Assembly: GCA_965213705.1 (NCBI GenBank) | Contig: OZ243913.1 | Coordinates: forward strand, 3,840,001 to 3,904,000 | Length of the DNA: 64,000 bases | Direction: 5' to 3' | Source of the DNA: Trueperaceae bacterium | Lineage (GTDB): Bacteria > Deinococcota > Deinococci > Deinococcales > Trueperaceae | In this document: piece by piece, positions 1-9,822 of the stretch | How positions within the stretch are numbered: the stretch's first letter is position 1 | Layout of the letters: every line of letters starts with the position of its first letter | Position numbers and translations under genes: made by a program | Notes under the pieces: generated by a model | The model's database searches: none | What the model was told of the DNA's origin: nothing | Seen by the model: only the letters and a program-made list of their open reading frames with translations

Positions 1-1085
1 GCACTTAACGAAAAAATACTCACGAGCAGCGTCGCCAATGTCACCAACACAAAAGTTCTTTGAGAAAACTTACCTACGAGGGCAGGAATAAAGATAGAAG
101 CAATAATAAGTAAGAATAGGCTCAACCCCACGACTCCAGTGTTAACCAAAACTGCCAGATAAGCATTGTGAGAACTAATTGCCCTACCATAAATTGGTCT
201 AATGGCTTCAGCATAACTGCCCTGACCGACACCTAAATAGGGATGTTCGGCAAATACCTGTAACCCCGCCGCCCAAATGGCTCTTCTACCTGTTAAACTA
301 CCCTGCGTTAGCTCGTATGAGGTCTCGGAGAGTCGGGCTGTGCTAGCTTGCAGTTCGGGGAAAACCTCAGGTGCGTAAACAAAGATAAACCACACACCCA
401 AAGCCAAAAACGTAAAAAGACCTATCTTTTTCAGGGGACCAAGCTTGTTAAATGTAAAAGGAACAATTGTCAAAGCGATAAGCGCCGCTATGAACCCTCC
501 CCTGGAAGCGGCCACGACTATACCTGCAACTGCCAGAGGCAAATACATAAGGTTAACGACATAAAGCCATCTGTTTTTAAAAGCAAAGGTCAGTCGCCAC
601 GCCATAGGTATGCCTAGAGCAAGGACTACAGCAAAATCGTTGGCATTGAGGCCTTCCCCAAACTGTCTGAAGTTTGCGTCGATACTAAAAAAATACCTCA
701 GCACAATGATCAAGCTTATATAAGCACCAACAATATACATTTGGAGTAAAATTTCCCTATCACGGCTTGTCCTACCGAACTCCCATATCAGCCAGGACAT
801 AATAAGAAGCTGAACAAACGTTACCGTTTTGCTTAAGGCAATCCCAGGAACGAGGCTCCAGTAGTACGTAAGCGAACCCCAAAAGATAAATACTGTTGTT
901 ATAATTAAGAAAAGCGAGGGGGGTTTGAAGGTCAGAGCGTTACGCCTGTAAAGTGCAGCGACACCTATGAAAACAGCCAACACACCTATAAGCTTGGTCA
1001 CACTACCGTTGGCTACTACAATGATGTTTTCAACAGGAATAGTTAAAACAAACAAACCAAGGATGACAAGTGCTACAACGCGCAT
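1..1085 (-). CDS. O-antigen ligase/Wzy-family polysaccharide polymerase (3' end runs off the window)
   Basis: Manual translation from ATG 1085: multi-TM protein with ...SRGG... and TGRRAIW...HPYLGVGQG...SHNAY motifs; directly downstream of GT2. Confidence 0.85.
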   Translation of the reverse strand, partial: MRVVALVILGLFVLTIPVENIIVVANGSVTKLIGVLAVFIGVAALYRRNALTFKPPSLFLIITTVFIFWGSLTYYWSLVPGIALSKTVTFVQLLIMSWLIWEFGRTSRDREILLQMYIVGAYISLIIVLRYFFSIDANFRQFGEGLNANDFAVVLALGIPMAWRLTFAFKNRWLYVVNLMYLPLAVAGIVVAASRGGFIAALIALTIVPFTFNKLGPLKKIGLFTFLALGVWFIFVYAPEVFPELQASTARLSETSYELTQGSLTGRRAIWAAGLQVFAEHPYLGVGQGSYAEAIRPIYGRAISSHNAYLAVLVNTGVVGLSLFLLIIASIFIPALVGKFSQRTFVLVTLATLLVSIFSLS

Positions 1086-1087
1086 AT

Positions 1088-2047
1088 CTATTTTCCAACT
1101 CCAAAATGCTTCTTGAACGAGCGAACCCTATCTCGCACATTTCGAACCCCCGCCAAGGCGGGAAGACCCCCCTTGGAAAGAGCGAAGTACGCCAAAAGTT
1201 CAATATCAAAAGGCCTTTTCTGTAACGCCTCAGCCAAGATATCCGCTGCCTTCGCCGGTTGGCCTACACTCAAAAAATACTTAGCGAAGAACTTTTGGTG
1301 GTACAAATAAGAGGCAGGATACCGTTCAAATAGATGTCGGTGTTTCGTAAGCAAAAGGTCGAAGGCGTCAAGCTTACTCTGAATGTCGTTGCTGATGTTG
1401 CCTTGCTGGTGACGGTGAAAAATGACCAGGGGCTCACTGACGTACTCGAACTTACAAATTCGAGCCAATCGTAAGTATAGGTCATAATCCTGACTGGCGG
1501 GAAAGCGTACGTCAAACATACCTACCTCAAGCAAGTCGGCACGTCTGCACAGCAAAGTGGACGTCGTACTGACGCTGTTGTGTTTAAGGAGGTTTTCTAA
1601 AATGTCCCCCCTAAGCACCGGTAAGCTCACAGTTGTCGGTCTACCGTCCGAATAGACGTTTTGATAGCCTGTGTAAGCAACCAAACAGGTTGAGTCAGCC
1701 TCAAAAAGCGCAAGCTGCTTCTCTAACTTTTGCGGCAACCACGCGTCGTCATCATCTAGAAAGGCAACGTACTCCCCCCGTGCAGCTTCAATGCCCGTGT
1801 TTCTGGCGGCACCCCCACCCTGGTTGAAGCTGTGTTTTAAATAGTTTATACGCACTTCGTCCTGGTACTGAGCCATAAACTGTTCAGTTTCTCGCCGATA
1901 GTCGCTGTCAGGGTTGTTGTCATCAACGACTATCACTTCCCAACTGCTGTGCGTCTGCTGCATAACACTGTCTAGCGCACGGTGTAAAAACAGCGGCCGC
2001 TTGTAAGTAGGTATGACGATGCTGACCAAACCTTTAAAGACATCCAC
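1088..2047 (-). CDS. Glycosyltransferase family 2
   Basis: VSIVIPTY, VVDD, GAARNTG, AFLDDDD, QDYDL motifs. Confidence 0.95.
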   Translation of the reverse strand: MDVFKGLVSIVIPTYKRPLFLHRALDSVMQQTHSSWEVIVVDDNNPDSDYRRETEQFMAQYQDEVRINYLKHSFNQGGGAARNTGIEAARGEYVAFLDDDDAWLPQKLEKQLALFEADSTCLVAYTGYQNVYSDGRPTTVSLPVLRGDILENLLKHNSVSTTSTLLCRRADLLEVGMFDVRFPASQDYDLYLRLARICKFEYVSEPLVIFHRHQQGNISNDIQSKLDAFDLLLTKHRHLFERYPASYLYHQKFFAKYFLSVGQPAKAADILAEALQKRPFDIELLAYFALSKGGLPALAGVRNVRDRVRSFKKHFGVGK

Positions 2048-2169
2048 AAAAGTATTCTACCGTTTCAACTCAGTGGCAGCAGTGATATTGCGTAAGTGGC
2101 TAGTGGTTGCGCAGGACAATCGACGTGACAGCTCTGCAGTTTGTAAAGCTGACAGTTTGCTAAGATAGG

Positions 2170-3330
2170 TTGACCATGAGCACTCACACAGGCCCAAAAA
2201 TCGCCCTCTTTTTACCTTCTTTAGAGGGGGGCGGAGCCGAACGAATTATGGCTAATCTGGCGAACGGCTTTGCCGAGCGGGGAATTGTAACCGACCTAGT
2301 TTTGGTACAGGCAAAAGGTCCTTATTTGTCACAAATTTCCTCGAAAGTAAACGTTGTCGACCTACAAGCTCCACGCACCCTTTTCAGTCTCAAGGCGCTG
2401 TTGCGCTACATTCATTCGAGCAAACCCACAGTCATCATCTCAGCTCTAAACTACACCAACCTGGTTGCTGTTTGGGCTAAACGCTTCGCTAGGACACCTG
2501 TCAAGGTTTTGATAACCATTCACAATCAGTTGACAGTGCCCAGAGTTGAAAAAGCTTCCAACAAAGAGAGGCTAGTAACAAGCCTTATGCGCCCCTTTTT
2601 CCCCTGGGCAGACAAAATTATCGCCGTCTCAGACGGAGTGGCAGACGACGCTGCAGACGCGATAGGTCTTAAAAGAAATACTATAACCACTGTCTACAAC
2701 CCTGTCGTGTCGGCAGAGATGCTGAGCAAGGGTAAGGAGAATCCTCGCCACCCTTGGTTGGCCGAGGGACAACCGCCCGTTGTGCTCGCCATCGGACGAT
2801 TCTATGAACAAAAAGATTTTCCTACACTTTTGCGCGCTTTTAGCCAGGCACGACGAACCCGAACCTGCCGCCTTATTATTCTGGGCGAAGGGCCTATGCG
2901 TTCAGACCTCGAGCACCTTGTCGACGAACTGGATATAAAAGATAGTGTAGACCTACCGGGGTTTGTCAACAACCCCTACGCATATCTCGCCAGGGCACAG
3001 GTTTTCGCCTTGTCCTCTAAGTGGGAAGGCTTGCCCACCGTACTTATAGAAGCTTTGGCTTTCGGTAAAAGCATCGTAGCGACAAACTGCAAAAGTGGAC
3101 CGGAAGAAATACTCATGGGGGGCAAGTACGGGCGACTGGTCCCCGTGAGCGATCCGGAAGCCTTTGCTCAGGCCCTCGACGACGCCCTATCACAATTGGA
3201 AAAGGCGGTTGATACAAAGGCAAAGGTTCATACAGAAGCTTATAGCAGATTCACTATGGAAAGTGCTGTCAATGCCTACCTCGAGGCAGCCGAGCTAAGT
3301 ACGTTAAAAAGTTCAGCCAACCCATCCTGA
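2170..3330 (+). CDS. Glycosyltransferase family 4 (GT-B)
   Basis: GGGAER N-terminus, GRF..QK, EGLPTVLIEALA motif. Confidence 0.95.
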   Translation: MTMSTHTGPKIALFLPSLEGGGAERIMANLANGFAERGIVTDLVLVQAKGPYLSQISSKVNVVDLQAPRTLFSLKALLRYIHSSKPTVIISALNYTNLVAVWAKRFARTPVKVLITIHNQLTVPRVEKASNKERLVTSLMRPFFPWADKIIAVSDGVADDAADAIGLKRNTITTVYNPVVSAEMLSKGKENPRHPWLAEGQPPVVLAIGRFYEQKDFPTLLRAFSQARRTRTCRLIILGEGPMRSDLEHLVDELDIKDSVDLPGFVNNPYAYLARAQVFALSSKWEGLPTVLIEALAFGKSIVATNCKSGPEEILMGGKYGRLVPVSDPEAFAQALDDALSQLEKAVDTKAKVHTEAYSRFTMESAVNAYLEAAELSTLKSSANPS

Positions 3331-3373
3331 AAACCGAAAAGAGCTGAGATGTATCTCAGCTCTTTTCGGTTTT
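3330..3373. terminator. Bidirectional intrinsic terminator
   Basis: Long perfect inverted repeat AAAACCGAAAAGAGCTGAGAT-gt-ATCTCAGCTCTTTTCGGTTTT between convergent genes. Confidence 0.85.
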
Positions 3374-3386
3374 GATTGAAACATAG

Positions 3387-5447
3387 CTACTTGATGGTCT
3401 CGGTGACGAGCATGGCTGTAGGGATGAACACTCTTTTTGGCTTTACGTTGTATTTCTGATTTTCTACCTCGTAGAAGACATTACGAACTGCTTTTTCAAT
3501 TCTACTACCTGAGTTCTTATCCCAGGCCGTTAGGAAAGGAAAGCTGCTCTCGGCGAAATTAGCCGGTGTCATTCTACTCCAAGAGGTGCTCGAAGCCGGG
3601 ATACCCGCCCGAGACCTACCTCCACCGATGTCGCGGGCAAAGGAATCTAAACTGCTATCGTCAATAACGAACGCCGAAACTGTGTTAGCTAACTTTGCCA
3701 TCGTAGAATCGCTGGCATACTTGTCAAATCCATCGAAATGAAGGTCAACAGCTTCTTGAATGACGTAGCGAGCGTAATGTTGTGGCATGAGAAAGTTTGA
3801 GCGATACTCCTCCTGTGAATCTATAAGGGAAAGAGCGCCTCTAGCCCACACCAGAGCCGAGCCATATTCCGAGGAGGTTGCTTTAAACTCGTCATCCCAA
3901 AGAATATCGGCCATGCGCTCGGCTTCTTTCGTATAGGCGCTGTTCCCAGTCAGCTTACCCATGTAGTAGTGCCACTTCATGAACGAGTGGTAGGTGTGGA
4001 AGGTGTAGTGCTTAGCAAAAGGGAAACCTGACCGCACACCATTACGCTTACGCCACTTCGCCTCGAAGTGGTTGACGAGGTAGTTTTCCCAGAAGTCGGC
4101 GTGGGCACCGTAATTGACACCGCTAGGGCTTTTCAAATCACGGTTGTTTTGGAGCGCCCAGGCAATCTCGGAAACTAAAGCGTTGGCTTTGAGATCGTAA
4201 GCAACCTGAACATCTTTACCTGCAAACTGAGAAGAGGTATCATGGCGGTCCACCCAGTTTAAAAAGCCGTCCTTCGTTCCATCTGTGCCATCACGCGTAC
4301 CACGCCACCCGTCGGCAAGTTCTTCGCGCATGAGTTGAGCGATGCGGTCCACTTGGTCTAGTAGGCGCAAATCGCCTGTCATACGGAAAGCAAGAAGAAG
4401 GCTGGTAGTGTAGTCCTGTAGGTCACCGCGGTACAAGTAGCTATTATCCGACTTTGCTAGCTTGATTGCATTGGGATACTGGTTGGGATTGTTGATAGCC
4501 TCCCACAGCGCGTTGTACCATTCGCGTTGAGAAGACGACAAATCGCTCCTCGAGAACCCAGGGTCACCGCGCAAGGCATATTTACCTTTTGCCTTCGGGC
4601 TGGGACTGGGGTCGTTGGGTTCGGGGCTTGCAGTCGTGCCGCTGTTGCTGACCTTGGCCGTTTTACTCACAACCGTTTTCTTGCCTGAGGTTGAGACGAT
4701 TTCAGCCGTGAACGTATGGTCGCCGTTCTTAAGGTCGCTGGTGTCGAAGCTTTGCGCTTTGCCGCCCTTAGCTGTACCCGCGAGGTCGTAGTAAGGAATC
4801 CGCTCGACCTGGTCCGGCGAACCCTTACGGCCCGAGTCGTCGACATAAAAGTTGACTTGTTCGACCTTTGAGCTGGGAACCACGAAAATGTGGGCGTCTC
4901 CCGTCAAACTGCCTTCTCCTAGCAACTTTGCGTCCGAGCGATCGGCACGCTTGCTCACCAGTAACCGGTCAGCCAGTTCACCGTGGTTGTCTACCAAAAA
5001 AGCTGCACTGGCGAGCTTTGCACTGCCGTCGGCGTAACGAATATCCGCCGTGGCCGTGTGCATACCGTCCGTCAGCACTTGGGTGTCGAGTTTGTTTACG
5101 GACTCAGTCGCCAAACCCGACGGAAAGAAGTTCGCGTAGGGTGCGCCCTGCCGCTCGGCGTCGTCGATGTACAAGCTTACCCGCTCGACACCTTCTTCGG
5201 CAAAGAACAAGTAGATGTCGCTCGTGACGACGCTCATGTCCAGAACTTTAGCGCTCGAGCGGTCAACTTCTGTGTTTACCAACAAACCCTTGTACAGTTC
5301 GTAGGGTTCTTCGACTTCGGTACTGGGTATGCGGGTTTCGGTCACACCGCAAGCCGTCAAGACCAAAATAAAACCGATAAAAATCAGAAGTACCGTGCCG
5401 AACTTGCGATTGTACTTGCCCCACTGTGCGTTTCTCAAAACCTTCAC
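3387..5447 (-). CDS. Lipoprotein of unknown function: two Ig-like repeats, P/S linker, ~390-aa helical C-terminal domain (paralog 1)
   Basis: Lipobox LTAC; internal ~105-aa repeats; C-terminal domain closely similar to 6400-8463 and 8536-9822. Confidence 0.85.
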   Translation of the reverse strand: MKVLRNAQWGKYNRKFGTVLLIFIGFILVLTACGVTETRIPSTEVEEPYELYKGLLVNTEVDRSSAKVLDMSVVTSDIYLFFAEEGVERVSLYIDDAERQGAPYANFFPSGLATESVNKLDTQVLTDGMHTATADIRYADGSAKLASAAFLVDNHGELADRLLVSKRADRSDAKLLGEGSLTGDAHIFVVPSSKVEQVNFYVDDSGRKGSPDQVERIPYYDLAGTAKGGKAQSFDTSDLKNGDHTFTAEIVSTSGKKTVVSKTAKVSNSGTTASPEPNDPSPSPKAKGKYALRGDPGFSRSDLSSSQREWYNALWEAINNPNQYPNAIKLAKSDNSYLYRGDLQDYTTSLLLAFRMTGDLRLLDQVDRIAQLMREELADGWRGTRDGTDGTKDGFLNWVDRHDTSSQFAGKDVQVAYDLKANALVSEIAWALQNNRDLKSPSGVNYGAHADFWENYLVNHFEAKWRKRNGVRSGFPFAKHYTFHTYHSFMKWHYYMGKLTGNSAYTKEAERMADILWDDEFKATSSEYGSALVWARGALSLIDSQEEYRSNFLMPQHYARYVIQEAVDLHFDGFDKYASDSTMAKLANTVSAFVIDDSSLDSFARDIGGGRSRAGIPASSTSWSRMTPANFAESSFPFLTAWDKNSGSRIEKAVRNVFYEVENQKYNVKPKRVFIPTAMLVTETIK

Positions 5448-5510
5448 CTCTCTGTTCCTTCATAGCGTTGTGTACCTTTGACAAAGAAGTAGCGACCCTA
5501 GTTGTCACTA

Positions 5511-5648
5511 CCCTCAGCCGGTTGCGCCACTTGCTCGGCCTATTCAAGGCGCCCATTAAGGCTCGAGGGTAAGACTCGGCAGTGGCTGTTTTGCCACCAG
5601 CAAGCCCGACACCTGAACCCCTAAAAATAGGCTTCATCGCATCTGGGG
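5511..5648 (-). promoter_or_regulatory. Cyclic di-GMP-II riboswitch, variant with ~65-70 nt hairpin insertion
   Basis: GA.GCGATGAA-P3(GCCTATT/AATAGGC)-TGGGCGCC...GAGCAAGTGGCGCAACCGG; compensatory changes versus the copy at 6221. Confidence 0.75.
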
Positions 5649-6220
5649 TGGTTGGTTTTTCAAACCTCGTCCCTCAGCAAGAGCCAAACTAACTTGGGTG
5701 TTTATGAAAACAATTAAGCTTTTAAGAGAGTTTTCTGAGAAAAAAATTCACTAATCCTGATATTCCACGTTCTATGAAGGATATTTTAACTTTCTCATAA
5801 TGACTAGCGTACTCATAATTCATGACGAATGAGCGCTTTCTTACGTCAAACGTGAGTACCGGAATGTTGAAAACAGTTTTATGAGAACAGTTTTTCATAC
5901 ACAGAGGGGGCGGATGCAACGGTCTGTTTTACATGCTTCAGTTTCAGCGGAGGTGGTTCGAGAACAAGTAAAAACGTCGGCACGGGAGCAGCACGTTTGT
6001 GCGGTCTGCATTTTTGTGTCAACCCATGTTCGTTTAGACTTCTACTTTGTAGCTTGCAGGGTCAGCAGTGACTCGAGCCTAACCCGCGTTTGCAAATAAT
6101 TCAAACCACAAAATGGACCCTCAACTGTTTGTGACCCATATCACCAGTCCTAGACATGGGAGATTTTTCATACACTGTACTTTCTGTATCGCGTACCATA
6201 CTTGGCAATGAGGGTTACCT

Positions 6221-6296
6221 CCCTCAGAGGCGATGAAACCCCTTCCGTATTTGGGCGCTTGGAACGGGTGGAGCCAGTAGCGCAACCGGCTGAGGG
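6221..6296 (+). promoter_or_regulatory. Cyclic di-GMP-II riboswitch
   Basis: P1 CCCTCAG/CTGAGGG, GCGATGAA kink-turn, P3 ACCCCTTCC/GGAACGGGT, pseudoknot GCGCT/AGCGC, conserved GCAACCG. Confidence 0.85.
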
Positions 6297-6399
6297 TAGG
6301 GTAACTCTGTTTTTTATCCTACCCGACAAGCAAGTGCTGTAAAGGGTCGAGCCGAGGTTCGACTGCTACTTCACTTACGTGAAGGGATAGGACTAGGTC

Positions 6400-8463
6400 A
6401 TGGTAAAAGCAAGTCAGGTAAAGCGTAGCAAACGGGCTACCCTACTCAAACTAAGTTGTTTAGGCGTGCTGCTCGCCCTGTTTACGGCTTGCAGCAGTGG
6501 ACCGGCTCCGGTCATAGAAACAGAAGCTCAGAGTATTGTTCAAGACTTTTTGGTCAGCAAGTCGGCGAACCGTTCCGGCGCAACGGTGCTGGACAGCAGC
6601 GCCGTTGCGGGCAGAATTTACGTTTTTACAGCCCAAACCTCGGGTATAAATCAAGTCGAGTTTTATCTCGACGACGTAAAGCGCTCAGGTAAGGTTTATC
6701 AACTCGATTCGCAGAGCCCCTACGACCTTCGCAGCGGCAGCACCAGCAGCGCCAACGCGCTCGACACCAGCAAACTGTCCGACGGTGTTCACACGGTCAC
6801 CGCTAGAATTCGTTACAAAAGTGGCAGCGAGAAAATCTCCACCGCCACCTTCTTGGTCGACAACGGCGGCAAACTGGGAAGCAACTTGCTGGTGAGCACC
6901 GCGGCCGACCGTAGTGGCTCAAAACTCTTGAACAACAGCAGCGTCAACGGCAAAATTCACGTTTTTGTCGTGCCCACCATGAGCGTCAAGCAGGTGAGCT
7001 TCTACCTCGACAACACGAGCCGCAGCGGCAACCCTACACAAAAAGAGCGCATCGCGTTTTACGATTTTGCGGGCACGGCCTCAGCGGGCGGTGCCAATTC
7101 GTTCGACACTTCCAAACTCAAAGACGGTCAGCACACTGTCACCGCCGCCATCCTCACCAGTTCGGGGCGGACGCAAGTTGTGAGCGCCACCTTTACGGTT
7201 GGAGCCAGCAACACTTCGGCACCTGCGCCTACCTCTCCTGCCGCCCCCAACGCACCTAAAGCAGCTACCGGAGTGTACGAACTTCGTGGCAACCCCAACT
7301 TTTCCGTGAACCAACTCAGCGCTGAACAGCGTAAGTGGTACGACACGCTTTGGAAGGTTATCAAAAACCCTGATCAATTTCCTAATTCGACAATTATAGC
7401 CAAATCAGGTAACAGCTACTGGTACCGCGGTGATTTACAAGACTACGTCATCAGCCTTCTGCTCGCTTTCCGCATGACGGGTGACCTGCGCCTGATCGAC
7501 GAGGTTGACCGTGTCGCTGAACTCATGCGTGGAAAGCTTGCCGACGGCTGGTACGGAACCTTAGATGGTAAAGACGGCACAAAAGATGGCTTTTTAAACT
7601 GGCTCGACCACTACGACACCTCAACAGCGTTCAGAGGCAAAGACACACAGATGGCTTATGACCTTAAAGCCAACGCGCTCGTAGCCGAAATAGCTTGGGC
7701 ACTGCAGAACAACCGTGATTTGAAAAGTCCGAGTGGTGTCGACTATGGTGCCCACGCCGATTTCTGGAAAGACTACCTTGTTAATCACTTCGAGGCAAAG
7801 TGGCGTAAACGCAACGCCAAACCTACCGGGTTTCCATTTCTGGAGCACTACACTTTCCATACCTACCATTCGTTTATGAAGTGGCATCACTACATGGGCA
7901 AGCTGACCGGCAACAGCGCTTACACCAAAGAGGCCGAACGTATGGCAACTAGATTGTGGGACCACGAATTCAAAGAAACACCTTCTAGTTACGGTACTGC
8001 CCTCGTCTGGACCAGAACTTTGACTTACAACACAGATACCAAGGCCGGTTATGGTTATCTCATGCCACAACACTACGCGCGGTACGTTGTTCAGGAAGCC
8101 ATTGACCTGCATTTTGAGGGGTTCAGTAAGTACGCCAGTGATAGCACAATGGAGAAGATTGCCCATAGTGTTGCTAGCTTTGTTATTGATGACAGTAGCT
8201 TTAGCTCCTTTGCTCGCGACATTGGTGGGGGTACATCTCGCGCTGGCCTTCCTGCCTCGAGCCCCACTGAGTGGAGCAGAATGAAGGGCTCTAGATTTGC
8301 CGAGAGTGCTTGGGCCTACCTGGCACCTTGGGACAACAGCGGAAAAATTAGCAAAGCAGCTATCGCAGCTTACAACGGTGTGGAGATGATAAAATACGGC
8401 AAAGATCCAAAAAGAGTATTCATACCTGCCAGTTCGTTCCTCAGCGAAATGTTGAAAAAATAA
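6400..8463 (+). CDS. Lipoprotein of unknown function: two Ig-like repeats, P/A linker, helical C-terminal domain (paralog 2)
   Basis: Lipobox FTAC; same architecture as paralog 1. Confidence 0.85.
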   Translation: MVKASQVKRSKRATLLKLSCLGVLLALFTACSSGPAPVIETEAQSIVQDFLVSKSANRSGATVLDSSAVAGRIYVFTAQTSGINQVEFYLDDVKRSGKVYQLDSQSPYDLRSGSTSSANALDTSKLSDGVHTVTARIRYKSGSEKISTATFLVDNGGKLGSNLLVSTAADRSGSKLLNNSSVNGKIHVFVVPTMSVKQVSFYLDNTSRSGNPTQKERIAFYDFAGTASAGGANSFDTSKLKDGQHTVTAAILTSSGRTQVVSATFTVGASNTSAPAPTSPAAPNAPKAATGVYELRGNPNFSVNQLSAEQRKWYDTLWKVIKNPDQFPNSTIIAKSGNSYWYRGDLQDYVISLLLAFRMTGDLRLIDEVDRVAELMRGKLADGWYGTLDGKDGTKDGFLNWLDHYDTSTAFRGKDTQMAYDLKANALVAEIAWALQNNRDLKSPSGVDYGAHADFWKDYLVNHFEAKWRKRNAKPTGFPFLEHYTFHTYHSFMKWHHYMGKLTGNSAYTKEAERMATRLWDHEFKETPSSYGTALVWTRTLTYNTDTKAGYGYLMPQHYARYVVQEAIDLHFEGFSKYASDSTMEKIAHSVASFVIDDSSFSSFARDIGGGTSRAGLPASSPTEWSRMKGSRFAESAWAYLAPWDNSGKISKAAIAAYNGVEMIKYGKDPKRVFIPASSFLSEMLKK

Positions 8464-8470
8464 GTGTTTG

Positions 8471-8508
8471 TGCCAAGGAGGCGGTTAAAGTCAACTTCCT
8501 CCTTGGCA
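8471..8508. terminator. Hairpin between convergent genes
   Basis: TGCCAAGGAGG...CCTCCTTGGCA inverted repeat. Confidence 0.65.
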
Positions 8509-8535
8509 TTTCACTGCAGGTTAAAACCTATAGTA

Positions 8536-9822
8536 TCAAGGTTTCTCCTCCAGCATTTTGGCTATTACCATTGCTGAAGGTATAAAAACCCTCCTGGGAT
8601 GAATTAAATCGTCTTCAACATCTTTGTAAACTTTCTCAGCTGCCTGTAAAAGCTTATCTGGACTTCTATCCCAGGGACTCAGAAACGACCAAGCGCTAAT
8701 TGCGAATCTGTCTTGGTCAATCCTGTTCCATTCTGAAGAACTGGAAGCTGAAAGCCCCCCTCGAGCCTTCCCGCCTCCGATATCTCTAGCAAACGAATTG
8801 AAGCTGCTAGTATCAATAACAAAATCCGCAACCGAATTTGCGAGCTTCTCTAGTGTCGAGTCTTTGGCATACTCTCCGAATTCTTCAAAATGCAGATCTA
8901 CGGCTTCCTGGATGACATAACGAGCGTAATGTTGCGGTATGAGGTAGTCAGCCCAAGTATCTCTATTATATGTTAACGCCCTAGGCCACACCAACGCCGC
9001 ACCATAGCTGGAAGGTGTTTCCTTAAAGTTTTTCCAAAGAACCTTAGCCATACGTTCAGCTTCTTTAGTGTAAGTGCTCTTGCCGGTCAGCTTGCCCATA
9101 TAATGGTGCCACTTCATAAACGAATGGTAAGTGTGGAAAGTAAAATGTTCGGCAAAAGGAAACCCCTTTTTCACACCATTGCGTTTGCGCCACTTTGCTT
9201 CAAAATCGTTGACAAGGTAGTCTTTCCAAAAATCAGCTTGTTCACCGTAGTTGTATCCGTTTGGACTCTGCAAATCTCGGTTGTTTTCAAAAGCCCATGC
9301 GAACAGAGCCACGTGGGCATTGGCTTTTAGGTCATAGGCCATCTGCGTATCTTTACCTCTGAACTTTTTGTCGTCATCGTAGAGGTTAACCCAGTTCAAG
9401 AAGCCATCTTTTTTGCCGTTCTTACCGTCACGCGTTCCGTGCCAAGCGTCTTTCAATTCTTTGCGCATAAGCTCGGATACACGACTGACTTCGTCTAACA
9501 AACGTAAATCCCCTGTAAGCCGAAAAACCGTCAGCAAACTGTTGTCGTAATCCTGCAAGTCACCCCGGTATAAATAAGAATCACCGGATTTTGCCAGTTT
9601 AGTCGCGTTCGGATACTGCTCGGGGTTTTCGATAGCCGCCCACAACCGGTCGTACCACTTGCGCTGTTCGTCAGTCAGGCTATCTTCTGAGAAGCCGGGG
9701 TCGCCCCGCATGGCGTACTGGGCGTCGTCGGGTTTGAAAGAGGCAGGCGTAGAAGCGGCGTTGGCCCCCTGGGGGAGGCTGCAAGCTAAGAAAACACACA
9801 TCATTCCGGGCAGTGAACTCAT
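8536..9822 (-). CDS. Probable lipoprotein with only the shared C-terminal domain (paralog 3)
   Basis: FLAC lipobox-like; YRGDLQDY, DGFLNW, FWKDYLVN.FEAKW, RVFIP motifs shared with paralogs 1 and 2. Confidence 0.8.
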   Translation of the reverse strand: MSSLPGMMCVFLACSLPQGANAASTPASFKPDDAQYAMRGDPGFSEDSLTDEQRKWYDRLWAAIENPEQYPNATKLAKSGDSYLYRGDLQDYDNSLLTVFRLTGDLRLLDEVSRVSELMRKELKDAWHGTRDGKNGKKDGFLNWVNLYDDDKKFRGKDTQMAYDLKANAHVALFAWAFENNRDLQSPNGYNYGEQADFWKDYLVNDFEAKWRKRNGVKKGFPFAEHFTFHTYHSFMKWHHYMGKLTGKSTYTKEAERMAKVLWKNFKETPSSYGAALVWPRALTYNRDTWADYLIPQHYARYVIQEAVDLHFEEFGEYAKDSTLEKLANSVADFVIDTSSFNSFARDIGGGKARGGLSASSSSEWNRIDQDRFAISAWSFLSPWDRSPDKLLQAAEKVYKDVEDDLIHPRRVFIPSAMVIAKMLEEKP

